A DNA stretch of 64,000 bases from Hemiscyllium ocellatum. Lineage: Eukaryota. The position numbers were made by a program, and so were the translations under genes. The stretch is taken from the NCBI RefSeq assembly GCF_020745735.1, contig NW_026867509.1, forward strand, positions 1,054,001 through 1,118,000, read 5' to 3'. Positions 12,241 through 23,899 of this stretch are shown here, piece after piece (the first letter of the stretch is position 1; the number at the start of each line of letters is the position of its first letter). Below the pieces are notes generated by a model that was given only the letters and a program-made list of their open reading frames with translations, was not told where the DNA came from and searched no databases.

Positions 12241-13557
12241 TTGAAACATTCTCTCTCTTCATTCACAATTTTTCCTCCATTTTATAATCCAATCTCGTGA
12301 AATGCGCCTTCATGTCTAGTGCGAGTCTTTTGAAGTCAACAGCTTGAACAAATTCGACGAGGAACATCTGGTCAAATCTACCCAGGCTTCTGGAATACGA
12401 CGAGTTGAACGACATTTTCTATGGGTGATGTACATCGCTGAAGCTCAGCGACTCAAAGCAGATCCTGCTCTGTTCTTTCATGCAGCACGTCTGATGATCA
12501 ACATTAAATAATGACAATTACACTTTCTTCAGAATGAAACCCAAGACGACAAATTGAACCTTTTCAAACTTCAATGCCATGCATAGGATTGGAAGGACAG
12601 TGTGACTGTCCACTTCTCAATATTTCGTCTCACGTGTGATCTGATCGAAAGGTTTCACTTTTTCCATAACAACAGGGTTATGCTGATTGGCAGAATGTAC
12701 TAACTCCTGATGGATGACAAGTCCCACGTTCATCCTCTATTGTGCAGAATCACACTTTATTGGATCGAATGCCCAAATTCAGGAAATTTAATTTTTGTGA
12801 CGAGCTACCAAAATAGGACTTTGTATTTCTCAGTTGTCTCCATAAGGATAAGAGCAACCCGATTGTCTATACACAGATTAAATATCCAGATGTGATTTGC
12901 TGACAAAGAATTAAGAAATTTGCTGAGAGGATTAGAAGTGTTCATTTCCGTCCAGCCTAACAACAGAAACGTCATGTGACTGAGACTTTTACTGGCGGCT
13001 CTGACTCATTAGGCAACCGCTACTCAATACTTTTAATTGGTTAGTGTGGTTCAGACGTGAGTTACATCCGACCTAAATCTTAATAATTTAAAACATGTCA
13101 GCGTTATCCTTGACCCGTGAATCGATAACATGCCATTCTGGAATGGTTAACGTGAATTGACAGGGACAGTACTCAATAATGCACAATATGTTTGCCATTG
13201 TTCAGATTATTCCAATCTTTCATTATTAGAATCTTGTTGCAAGTTATCGTCTCTCAAACTGAATGCTGCAGTTCCATTTTACTGGAGCACTTTGCTGGAT
13301 CAAATCGAGCTGTTGAATTTTCAATCGCAGCCCATCGCTGTCACAGCATTTTCTAACGCCATCAAATGCACAAAATAATTTTATTTGCTTTACATTCACG
13401 ATACTATTCGTTTATTTCAATATTGGATTTATAATAAGTAAAGATTTGTGTCCGAATGTCAAGTATCAGATATCATTGTGAGCTCAAGAATCGCTTCAGA
13501 TATACTCCGGATCTCACTGTTCGCTGAACACACAATCATATACAGAGATGCTCTTAG

Positions 13558-14030
13558 AGTTTTTGTACAGGGTCAGGCATGTTCTCATTCTCTGTGGAAC
13601 TCAGTGCGCAGTAATACACTGCGGAGTCTGTTAGTTCTGTACTCAACACATTCAGCTTGATAGTGCGGTTCACAGGATCAAAATTCCAGGAAAGCCGGCC
13701 CAGTGGAAAACTCCCCGTTTTCTCGCTGTATTGGTTTTTGTGTAGCAGAAACTGCACGGATCCGTTGGACGTTTGACGGTACCAGTACAGGTCAGGATTG
13801 CTGCTTATTGTAGTGTAATTACAGAACAACAGCACACCGTCCCCCTCTTTCAGTTTGATTGCAGCCAGTGTTTGTGAGATAGAATCACTACGACAACGTC
13901 CTGTAAGAGCCAGGAGTTATACAAAATTAAAAAAGGCACGACAATATACTGAACGTCCAGAATTCGCACATGTACCTTCATTAATAAACAGAGAAATAAA
14001 TGAGGGAACTCAAACTAGATTACATTCCAT
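13558..14030 (-). pseudogene. TCR alpha/delta-type V segment: V exon 13597-13900, leader 13976-14030 with an in-frame TGA, intact 23-RSS 13558-13596
   Basis: V exon is open (DSISQTLAA...LFCNY...WYRQ...DSAVYYCALS). RSS is CACAGAG + 23 + ACAAAAACT. Leader reads MECNLV*VPSFISLFINEG|GT. Confidence 0.85.
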
Positions 14031-15788
14031 ATGTCGTGATCATTCCCCATTACATGTCGCGAAACCTGTAGTGAAACATGAAAACCGTCGGTGGATATAA
14101 AACTCTCCCCTCGCTAAAATCATCTGAATTGCCTTAGACCTGTCTGCATTTCGAGCCGAACTCTTCCACTGCTATTGGCTCATTTATATTCGCTCATTTC
14201 TGTCAGACTTTGCTCATTGTTGGGGCACTTTTAGATCCAGTTTTTTTTTTGGGAGAATGTATTGTTGCTTCTATGTTGCGCAAAGTGATTGAATACAATT
14301 CAATTCTCAGCAAAGAGCTGAAGCACAGACATAGACAGGTGTTTAACCTACCAGTTAGAAGAGCTGCAGTTGTGAAGAGGAAACCCAGAGCTCCTGGCAA
14401 CATGTTTGCAGAGAGTTCACGGTGAATGTGCACACAACTGGCTGAAGCTAAAATGGTTCTCGTCAGGAGTTGGGTAATTCAGGTTGAGTAATTTCCGGAC
14501 CTCTGCTCGTTGGACCATTGTTGGCAAAGGCATCGTGTGAAAGCCAATGAGTACCAGGCTCCTTTGTTCTTCAGATGAGCCAATCAGCTTCGAGCTCGAT
14601 TGAGCCCCACGTCATATTATGACTGATGTGATAAACTAACAAAGTTCAGAATACGGGTTACTGGATCCGGAAGGTTCACTCGGTTTTCTCATCACAGTTG
14701 CTGTCAGACCTGCGTGATTCTCTGGTTGTTTGTTTTTGTATTGGATTTCCAGCAACTGCAGCTCTTTGTTATTTTTGTTTCACCAACTGGAGTGATTAGA
14801 ATCAGGTGGATCTTATTGACTATGAGATCCTTCAATGGGACTGTTAAATCGATGGAGCCCTGGGCAATAGGTACAAGTACCAGATTTTGAGTCGCCTCAC
14901 TTCAGGAACAGACTCCAAACAGGCTATCCATGGCCAGTGTCCTGTCCACATATAAATGAAGGGTGACTTGCTGACGAAATGTTTGTCTCTGTGCAGTTAT
15001 TTCAAGAGAAAAGTAAATTTGTTCAGCTATAAACATGGTATGGACAGAGATTAAACCAAAAGTTGTCCCATATCGATTATTGTTTCTGTCAGCATTTATA
15101 CAAATGGGAAATAATTCATCCTGTTCGAGTATGAGATCTGTGGAGTCTCAGGTAACAAAGCTGGTCTCAGTCTTCGACAATCCCATTAGCTGATGCGGAG
15201 GACCAGTGGGTCTGGGAGATTCTGATATAATAGTGAGGAAACAAATAAATAAAATTTTAAAAAAGCACTGTAACAGTACAATTGAATGTTGCTTCTGAAG
15301 CATTTCCTGGTATGATACACTGCAAGTGCCTTTCATTAATTTTACTTTGTGCCATCGTAAACATAACTCCTGCATGAGTATCAAATACAATGCAGTCCAT
15401 CAAACACACGGCTCCCCGCCACATTGTCTCAGATTATACAAGGCTAACTGATTTCTCACCGAAAAGAAAGACATTCTGTTAAAGTCTCCCTCATTTGAAT
15501 GGGCATGGTGAAAGGACAGAGGTGCATGCGGATGTAAATTCCAAATCCTGACTAATGTCAGTGTAAGTTTGCCAGGTTTACAAGTGACACAAAAATAAGT
15601 AGCATGGCAATTGGTAATGACTGTGACTTAAAGAGTTTCTTGGAAGACAAAGTCACAGACTGTTTCAAAGACTGTCACTGTACCATACTCTGGCGAGATC
15701 TCCAGCAAATTTTCAAAAAAGTAATAAACAATTCATGAGTGGAAGGAAAAGCAAATCGTGAATTTTCAACGGCCATTTTCAAGATGAT

Positions 15789-16075
15789 GGCACGGTGGCT
15801 CAGTGGTAAGCACTGGCATTTCATAAAACCAAAGTCACACGTTCGATTTTAGTCTCAGGGAGCTGTCATGATGGAGGGTGCACTTTCGCCCAAAATCTGC
15901 ACGGATTTCCTATGGGTGTTCTGGTTTCCTCACACAGTCCAAAGGCGGGCAACTTAGGTAACTGAGACGTCCGAGTTGCAGGGGGAGGTAGGGTCTAGAT
16001 GTGATTTTCTTCAGATGCTTGGTGTGCTCTCGATGGGCCGAATGGCGTGCATACACACTGCAGGGATTCAATGTT
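15789..16075 (+). mobile_element. Diverged tRNA-derived SINE
   Basis: GGCACGGTGGCTCAGTGG A box, GTTCGATT B-box-like word, and central GGTTTCCTCACACAGTCCAAAG matching the other SINE copies. Confidence 0.7.
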
Positions 16076-16129
16076 TAGATGTGTATATATTGACCTTTTT
16101 TAAATGTTTTTATTGGTAGGATGTAGGCA

Positions 16130-16520
16130 ATGCTGTCTGGCCAGCATTAACTACCTGTCCCAAATTGTCCTTGGGAAGGTGGAGGTGAGGTGCCTTATTA
16201 AACTGCTGCAGTTTACCTGCTCTGGGTTCGACCTACAATGCCATTGGGGGGACGGAATTATCGGTTTTTGAACAAGTGAATGCTGTGCCAGTCAACCGGG
16301 CTGCTTTGTACTAGATGGTGTCAAGAATCTAAATACTTGTTGGAGCTGGACTCATCCAGATAATTGGGGAGTATTCCATCACAATACTGAGGTGGGCCTT
16401 GTAGATGATGGGCAGGATTTCGGGAGACAGGAAGTATATGTTACTCCCCGCATTAATCCTCGTCAGTGACCTGCTCATGTTGCTGCTGCATTTCTGAATT
16501 GTGTCCGATTGAGTTTTTAA
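16130..16520 (-). mobile_element. LINE 3' fragment (CR1/L2-like; same family as 18600-19260)
   Basis: Shares GAGTATTCCATCACA...GCCTTGTA with 19066-19100; family assignment is from recall. Confidence 0.5.
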
Positions 16521-16951
16521 TCATTAAAATCCGCACGAGGCAGACAGTGGGAGTTTCGGTGAAGTTAAGATAGCGTTACAGGACTTGCCACTATTCTTTG
16601 TTCATGTTTCCTTCAACTGTGATTTGACCTGATCTTTAACACAATGCTTGCTAGGTTTCACTTTCTTCCATGTCTTCTTCAACCGTTTCTCATCATTCTA
16701 CCCGCTTCAAGCATTACTAAAGTATCTCTCCACTTTTCTTTTTCTCCATCACACATTCAGGTTTGCAAACATATACTTCTTCCACCTCCATCTGCATCCC
16801 CAACTGTCTTCACTTCTGAACAACTTTAAATTTACATGCTGCATGCATTCTGGTGTGCTTTGCTCATATTTCCATTATCACAGATTTTGGCGCCAAGAAT
16901 TATTAACACTGAAACTTCAAAATCACCATACTGGAACTCCCACTCTATGCT

Positions 16952-16990
16952 GGTTTTAGTACGCGCTCTCCCTCTGTTTGTTACACTGTG
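16952..16990 (-). other. 23-RSS of single-exon V copy 1
   Basis: CACAGTG (16990-16984), 23-bp spacer, ACTAAAACC (16960-16952). Confidence 0.95.
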
Positions 16991-17324
16991 CCTTCATTGC
17001 ACAGAGATAGATTGCAGTGTCATTAAGTCTGGCGTCTTTCACAGTCAGTGTACTGAGTTTGTAGCCTCCACTGATTGAAGCAGTGATCCTTTCGGGCTGA
17101 TCATTTTCCCTTTTGGCCATCACCAGATGCTGGGGTGGCTGATTCTGGACCTGTCTGTACCAATACATTGCTTTCGACATAGTGGCAGTGGAGCAATTCA
17201 TGGACACAATTCCCACTTCATGAACAACCATCCACGACGGAAGTTGCGTTACATCACCTTCTCCAGTCACATCCCTCGAAGTCAGAGTGGAAAACATCAG
17301 GAAGATTCTGCAAATTCGGAACAT
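16991..17324 (-). CDS. TCR alpha/delta-type V gene with leader and V in one exon (copy 1)
   Basis: Continuous ORF MFRICRIFLMFSTLTSRDVTG-EGDVTQ...SMNC...WYRQ...DTAIYLCAMK ending at a heptamer; no phase-1 acceptor between leader and FR1. Confidence 0.85.
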
Positions 17325-17589
17325 TATCAGATTGTAACACCAGCAGCAAAATCAATTGTCCACGTGGTTCTGTTGAGGAACTGGAGGCAATTGTTACATT
17401 TACACAAGTAAATAGCGACAATAATGCACGTTTGACGTCTAGCACAGACCAGCCTTGCTGTTGGAGTTGCAGAAGAAGCTGAGTGTTGGGTTTGTTCCTG
17501 TAACAAGCCTCTGGCAGTGAAGGGTGCTCACGCTCTGGAAGGTCATTCCTCCTTCAGCCGACGTCATCAAAATTCATCCCAGGTTCACA

Positions 17590-17603
17590 CTGCCATCTAG
17601 TTG
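17590..17603 (-). promoter_or_regulatory. Candidate CTCF-binding motif upstream of single-exon V copy 1
   Basis: CAACTAGATGGCAG against consensus CCASYAGRKGGCRS; same relative position as 20290-20303. Confidence 0.45.
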
Positions 17604-18599
17604 AATGAACAAATAACTGCGGCATCCACATACTCGCACAAATTCCACTTCACACGATACTACTCAATGAAAGTAGACATGTCCTCCTTCCCACTGGAAC
17701 AATGTGAGCAGCTGAGAATCTGCATTTCAATTGCATTTGCAGCATCCAACGATTTCAGACGATGTTCCTCCTGCGTTGTAATCAAAGCTTTATTCCTCAA
17801 GGCAATTTTTGATTCATGAAGCAGTAGAATCGAATGCTGCTTTTGCTGCATTTACTGGGCAGATATATTATAATCGCATTTTTTTAACTTTATTTCCTCT
17901 TATTGTAAATGTAACTCCTATATCTATATCAGCTGCACTGCAGTTTGTCAAGTCAATGCCTCATGGCCACATTGTTCTGGACAATTAGAGGAAGGCGTCA
18001 GCATTGCTAGCCACTCCCACACAGGATTGGCAAATGTTTTAAAAGGAAAGAAAACACAAATTGGTAAAGTCTCCAACATCTGAAAGGTACGTGACAACGT
18101 GAGATCCAAATTCTGATCCGTTTACAGATGACACAAATATAAATAGTAAGTGTTGATGATTCAAGGAGCCCATAAGATGACCAGGTTATCACCTGCTGCA
18201 GTGACTGTGACTAATGCGTACTCTGATGAGATCTCTTGTAATTTTGCAGCAGCAAGAAATGAGCAATTTATGAGTTAGTGCAAGACCAAATCATGAATTT
18301 CCAGGAAGCATTCCACAGATGATGGTATTGTGGCTCAGTTGTTCGGACTGCTGCCGACCAGCACCAAACACCCCGGTTCTATTTCAGCTTCAGATGTCAG
18401 TCTGCACATTTTTGCTGTGTCTAAGTCAGTTTCCTGCGGGTGTTCTGGAATCCTCCTACAGTCCAAACGTGGAGCTGAATTAGCCAGAGGCGATGCAGTG
18501 ATAGTTTGGGTGTGTTTTTCCTCAAAGACCCGTTGGTTCCAATACCCTGCTGCCATTCTGTCGGGATTCTGTGTTCAGCGTGCTTAAGCGATTTTTTTT

Positions 18600-19260
18600 C
18601 AATTTGTGAGATGTGTGCGTCGCTGGCTTGTCAGTATTTATTGGCCGTTCCTAGTACGTGTTAAGGATTTTGGAGGAAGCTGCCACCTTGAAACTCTGCA
18701 GTCCACATGCTGTCTGTGTCCGCATAATGACATTGGGCAGGGATTTCTAGGACTTTCACCAAACGACAGTGATGGAACGCTGATATGTTTCCGTGTTAAG
18801 ATGGTGATTGGCTTCGACGAGAACTTGAAAGTGGTAGTGTTCCCATATATCTCCTGGCTGTGGAAGTGTTTGTGGGTTTGGAAGATACTTTTGAACGATC
18901 GCTGGTAAACCTCTGCAGTGAAACTTGCAGTTGGGCACACTGAGTGGCGGTAATGGAGGGAGTGGAAGGCTGTGAATGCTGTGCACATCAAATGGACTGT
19001 TTGTTCTTGGGTGGTGTCAAGATTCTTGAGTATTGTTGGGGCTGCGCACATTCAGGCAGGTCGAGAGTATTCCATCACACTCCGAACTTGTGCCTTGTAA
19101 ATGTGGGCACTCTTTGGGCAGTCAGGGAGCACGTTTCTCCCCACAATAATCCGAGTGTCTGACCTGCTCTTGTCCCCATTGTGTTAATGTGGTGAGTCCT
19201 GTTAAATTATTTGTCATTACATCCCCCAGGGTTTTGACACTGAGGCATCCAGTGATGATA
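18600..19260 (-). mobile_element. LINE 3' fragment (CR1/L2-like)
   Basis: Related to 16130-16520; degenerate; boundaries approximate. Confidence 0.5.
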
Positions 19261-19652
19261 ACATCACTTTAAAGGGAAAGCTATCATATTTTCTTCATGT
19301 TTTCTTTTATTGTGATTTAAGTTGACTTTTCACCTATGCGCATCATGCATGTTATTTTTCATTTGCTTCCAGTTCTACTTCAACAGGTTCCCAACATACT
19401 GCCCACTGCAAGTACTATTAAAGTATCTCTTTACTTTCCTTTTTCTCCATCATTTTTTCTGATTTGCAAATATACACTTCCTTCACTCCCATCTGTGTAT
19501 CCAATTGTCTTCACTGCTGACCATGTTTAACTTTAGCTGTTCCACACTTTCTGATGTATTTTCTTCGCATCTCCCATATCTCGGCTTTTGGGGCACAGAA
19601 TTAGTCACAAAGATACTTCAACATCAACAGACTGGAACTCCCAATCTATGCA

Positions 19653-19691
19653 GGTTTTAGTACACACTGTCCATCTGTTTGTGACACTGTG
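19653..19691 (-). other. 23-RSS of single-exon V copy 2
   Basis: CACAGTG (19691-19685), 23-bp spacer, ACTAAAACC (19661-19653). Confidence 0.95.
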
Positions 19692-20064
19692 CCTTCATTG
19701 CACAGAGGTAGGTGGCGGTGTCATTAAGTCTGGTGTCTTTGAGAGTCAGGGTACTGGTTTTGTAATCTCCAGTGATTGAAGCGGTGATCCTCTCAGGTTG
19801 ATCATCATCTCTTTTAGCCATCACCAGATACTCGGGTGGCTGATCAGGGAGCTGTCTATACCAATGCACGTTGGCAGCTGTTCTGGCAAAAGCGCAATTC
19901 ATGGACACAATGCCCATTTCACGAACAACCATCCACCGGGCGAGTTGCTTCACTTCACCTTCTCCGGTCACCTCCGTGAACATCAGACTGGAAAACAGCA
20001 GGAGGATTCTGAAAATGTGGAACATTATCAAATTGCAAGACCAGTGGTGAAAGTAATTGTCCAC
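19692..20064 (-). CDS. TCR alpha/delta-type V gene with leader and V in one exon (copy 2; ATG at 20064 or 20025)
   Basis: Continuous ORF MFHIFRILLLFSSLMFTEVTG-EGEVKQ...SMNC...WYRQ...DTATYLCAMK; paralog of 16991-17324 including flanks. Confidence 0.85.
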
Positions 20065-20289
20065 ATATCTCTGGTGTGGAATCAGAGAGAAATGTTATTT
20101 TTATAAGAGTAGATACCTGGAATAATGCATGTTTTACGTCTAACTCAGAACCACCTTCTGTTAAAGTTGCAGAAGAATCTGAGTCTTGGTTTTTGTTTCT
20201 GTAGTACGCCTCTCATACTCACAGTTGCTCACAGACTCTGAAAGGTCACTCCTCCTCCAGCTCTCATTTTCAATATTAACAGATTCGCA

Positions 20290-20303
20290 CTGCCCTCTCG
20301 TGG
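20290..20303 (-). promoter_or_regulatory. Candidate CTCF-binding motif upstream of single-exon V copy 2
   Basis: CCACGAGAGGGCAG, a near-consensus CTCF core. Confidence 0.55.
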
Positions 20304-20699
20304 CCTATACAAGTAATTGTGACATTCACTCATGATAGTTCACTGGATACTGCTAAATGAAAACAGGTCTGCCTTCGTTCCCTGGAGAACATGTGAACAG
20401 GTGAGATCCTGCATTTCAACTTCGTTTCCACCATCCAATGAGTTCGGAATGCGTTCCCCCTGTTTTTTAACCGAAGCGTTCTTCCACACAGTGATTACTC
20501 TTGGAGAAATGTCCCCACATTCATCCTGAAATATCGATGTGTACTTGGATTTGTGTGAATCCTCAAACTGTTACACAATGTTTATGGCAGGTATCATGTG
20601 CGAATCCATGATAAAAGGTAGCATCACCTTCATCAACCAGAACAGGGGGAGCGGGAGAAAATTAGAAACTTTTGGCCAATATCATTGCTGAATGCAGAC

Positions 20700-22610
20700 T
20701 ACAAGATTCTGTCTGAGGTCATCGCCAAAGAGGTCAGCGAGATCCACCCTGTCATACCACGTAGAATGACTTCAGTGTGCATCAGTCTCCTCAGGGATGC
20801 AAAAGCCTAAACGGAGGACACGGGGGTGGATAACTGCCTCACCAGCCCGGACCAGGAGAAGGCCAATGACGGGATGGATCTCGTACACCGACATGCAAGA
20901 CGTGCTCTCCAAAATTGATTTCGGGAGATAATCTGCAAATGGATCTGTCTGCTCTGCACTAACAATTTCAGTGCAGTCTCAAACAATGGGTGGGAATCAG
21001 AAAGCCTCCTGATCATATCCAATGTCAGGCAGGGCTGTCCCCACTCTTCGGCCCTGTTCGTGTGTTGCAAACAGCCTTGTTCGTGTGTTGTATACAGCCC
21101 TTTGCTGAGTACCCCAGGAAGAATGTGTGCCTGAGATGGGTGACTATTGCAAGCAGCGTAGGTCAGTAGTTCAAAGCCTCCCTGTACATGGATGGTGTTA
21201 CGTTTCAACTGTCCCCTGGAGCCAAGGTAAATCGAGGCAAGTGTGGAGGCCATGTTCTTTGGGAATTGGGCCGACTGATCGTTCGTTCCCTTCAGCGTCG
21301 GGACAGAGAATTGGAAATTGCTCAGAATATCATTCAGAGCATGCACAAAATGTTGAGAGGAGCGCAGCACCAAAATAAAGCAGGAACTGTTCTTTTGGGA
21401 ACACTGCACCCTTGCTATTGAGGCCTAAGGTATTCTCTCTGTTTTTGGACACGGTGCAGGTCTGGTCCATTCCCTGAACATGCGCTGTTTCAGTCACCCA
21501 AACCATTTTCCACATCATCTGGAAGCCTAAGATCGATCGAGTATGCAGGGACCCCATGTACAAAACTATGGATAAGGGGAGTAGATATTTGTCCAACGTT
21601 GCCCTCATCCTGGGACCCACTTTTGTGTGTGGCTGCATCAAGCAGTGTGTCGATCCTCGATATATAAATAACAAGTTTCAATATGCACTGAGGTTCTATC
21701 AACCCCCACTGTTGTCAATTATGTGCCTGGCCTCATAGCTACGGAATTCTCCAAGTCGACGGACCGTCCCGTATCATCTGCCCTGCATCAAGAAATTTGC
21801 AAAGCGAAACACCTTTGACCACCAGTCTATCCAAGAAGTGGAAAGCACATAGCATCCTCAAGACACTGACAGAAAGGTGGATCCTTTCTGGAAGTTCCCT
21901 AAGCAGACGCACACAGTAATTTTGCAAAATGCCCCCTCAACAGAACTTTCTAACAAGTACCAACATATCGCTGGTCTGGTGGTGAGAAGGGCATTAACTC
22001 TCAGATCCTCCATGCACACCCAGTCAGCCCTGCACCAGCGCACACTGCCTTTGTAGGGTTGTGAGGGATTAGACTGTCAGACAATTCCTTCTGGATTGTG
22101 CCTTTGCAAAGGGAGTCTGGAGGAAGTGAAATTATTTGTATCGGGGTCGTGTTGAGCAGCTCTGTGACACAGGGACGCACATCGAAGCACCACCGGTTTG
22201 GTGAAACACACTCTTTGATATGCCCAAAATGTATTGATCTTCCAGAACAAGGAGTTGGCCCCCATTGAGGATTGCAGACTTGCACATCCCAAGGTCACTT
22301 CCATGGTCAGGGACACACTAAAGCTTGGGGCAGCTGCCGCCAAGATGCAATGGGGAAAGAACACTGCCTGAGGTCTTTCTGCTGAAGGTAAATGGGGGTC
22401 TGTTCTGTTATTGGATCCTGCTCGTGCCTTAAGCATTAGTATATATTAGTATTGCATTAGTTAGACAAGTGTTGGTTTTCTGGGTAGATTCAACGTCCAA
22501 TTTTTTTAGTTTTTGTTACTTGATGTGCAACTGAATAAAACTGAACTGCTTTTGTGAAAATGCATACAGACAGATTTGTAATGAATAAAGTATATTTTTC
22601 AAATGAAAAG
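20700..22610 (+). mobile_element. 5'-truncated, degenerate Tx1/L1-clade LINE (ORF2 RT and 3' end)
   Basis: Broken + strand motifs DQEKA, NGWESES, VRQGCP, LYMD and GAKVNRGK; AATAAA and A-rich end near 22584-22610. Confidence 0.75.
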
Positions 22611-22799
22611 AATGTAAATTTATTTCTGTTAGATACAACATTCCCCCCTGAAGACCGACGTTGACAGCTCATTACACTGAATCACTTCGTTGGGATCTGT
22701 CAGAAATCATTCTTTATAATGGTGTCTATAAGAAAGTGAAATCTGACGATTTTAGAGTAGAGTTGGAGTCATGGTTAGTGTGGAAACTGGAAGGGTGTA

Positions 22800-23400
22800 G
22801 GGTAAGAGTGGCAGAATTAGTCTACTTGGCCCATCGAATCTGTGCTGCCATTTGATCATGGCTAATATGTTTCTCGAATCCACTCTTCTGCCTTCTCCCT
22901 GCAAGCCTTGATTTCCTTATTGACCAAGGATCTATCTATATCTCTCTTAAATACATTCAATGAGTTGGTCTCCACTACTTCTGCTGCAATGAGTTCTACA
23001 TATTCTCTACCCTCTGGTTGAAGAAATTCCTTCTCATTTCAGTTCGAACGGGCCATTCTATTCAGTTTCTCAGTATTCTGTAAGTTTCAATCAGATTTCC
23101 ACATCCTTCCAAACTCCATCAAGTACAGACTCAGAGACTTCAACTACCTCTAACATGACAAGCTATTCATCCTCGGATCATTCTTGGAAACTTTCTCTGA
23201 ACCACCTCCAAGACCAGCACACCCTTCCTTAGAAATCAGGTACAAAAATGCTCACGACTTTCAAAATGCTGTCTGACCAGAGCCCTATACAGCCTCAGTC
23301 ATGCTTCCCAATCTTGCATTCTGATGCTCTCAAAATAAATGCTGACATTTAATTTGCCTTCGGAACTGCCAACTCAGTACTGAAACAGCCACTTCAGCTG
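22800..23400 (-). mobile_element. CR1-type LINE 3' end
   Basis: Reverse-complement similarity to the 3' part of the 27.6-29.4 kb element; boundaries approximate. Confidence 0.6.
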
Positions 23401-23464
23401 TGCTGAACCGATATCCCAATCTGATCTAGTCTCAATGATGAGCTTGCTAAGCTTAATATTTATG

Positions 23465-23467
<3 letters not shown>

Positions 23468-23498
<31 letters not shown>
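23468..23498. repeat. (GT)n microsatellite
   Basis: Perfect dinucleotide run. Confidence 0.95.
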
Positions 23499-23499
<1 letters not shown>

Positions 23500-23899
23500 A
23501 CGCATCTCTGTGCATTTTATATTCGTGTGCTTTTATGTGTGTATCTTTGTGTTTCTATCTGTCTGTTTGTGTGCCTGCATGAGCATGTGTTTCTATGTGT
23601 GCGTATCATTGTGCGTTTTGTCTGTATACACATGTCTGCACTCAATGGGGGAAATGTGGATGGACGTTGCTCTCTTCTGTTTGAAATGACATAAGGTCAC
23701 CACCTGCTGGCGGATCGACGCTACTGCACGAGCGATAAATTTTTATTCAGGCATTTTTGTGAGGGATCCTCTTGGGAATTTTCTTGTTGGTTTCTTTCTG
23801 ATTTTAGGAGAATGGAGTTAAAACTAAGGTCCATGGATTAAAAATAAGGAGGCATAATGTTAAACAGAGATTAGTGGAAACCATTCTGAGGCAGCTGAA

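Noticed and set aside
15030-15240. Plus-strand WYGQRLNQKL resembling V FR2
   Set aside because: No flanking cysteines, YYC or RSS.
23435-23694. Cys/Val-rich ORFs (also 39201-39584)
   Set aside because: Artefacts of GT/CA microsatellite and low-complexity sequence.
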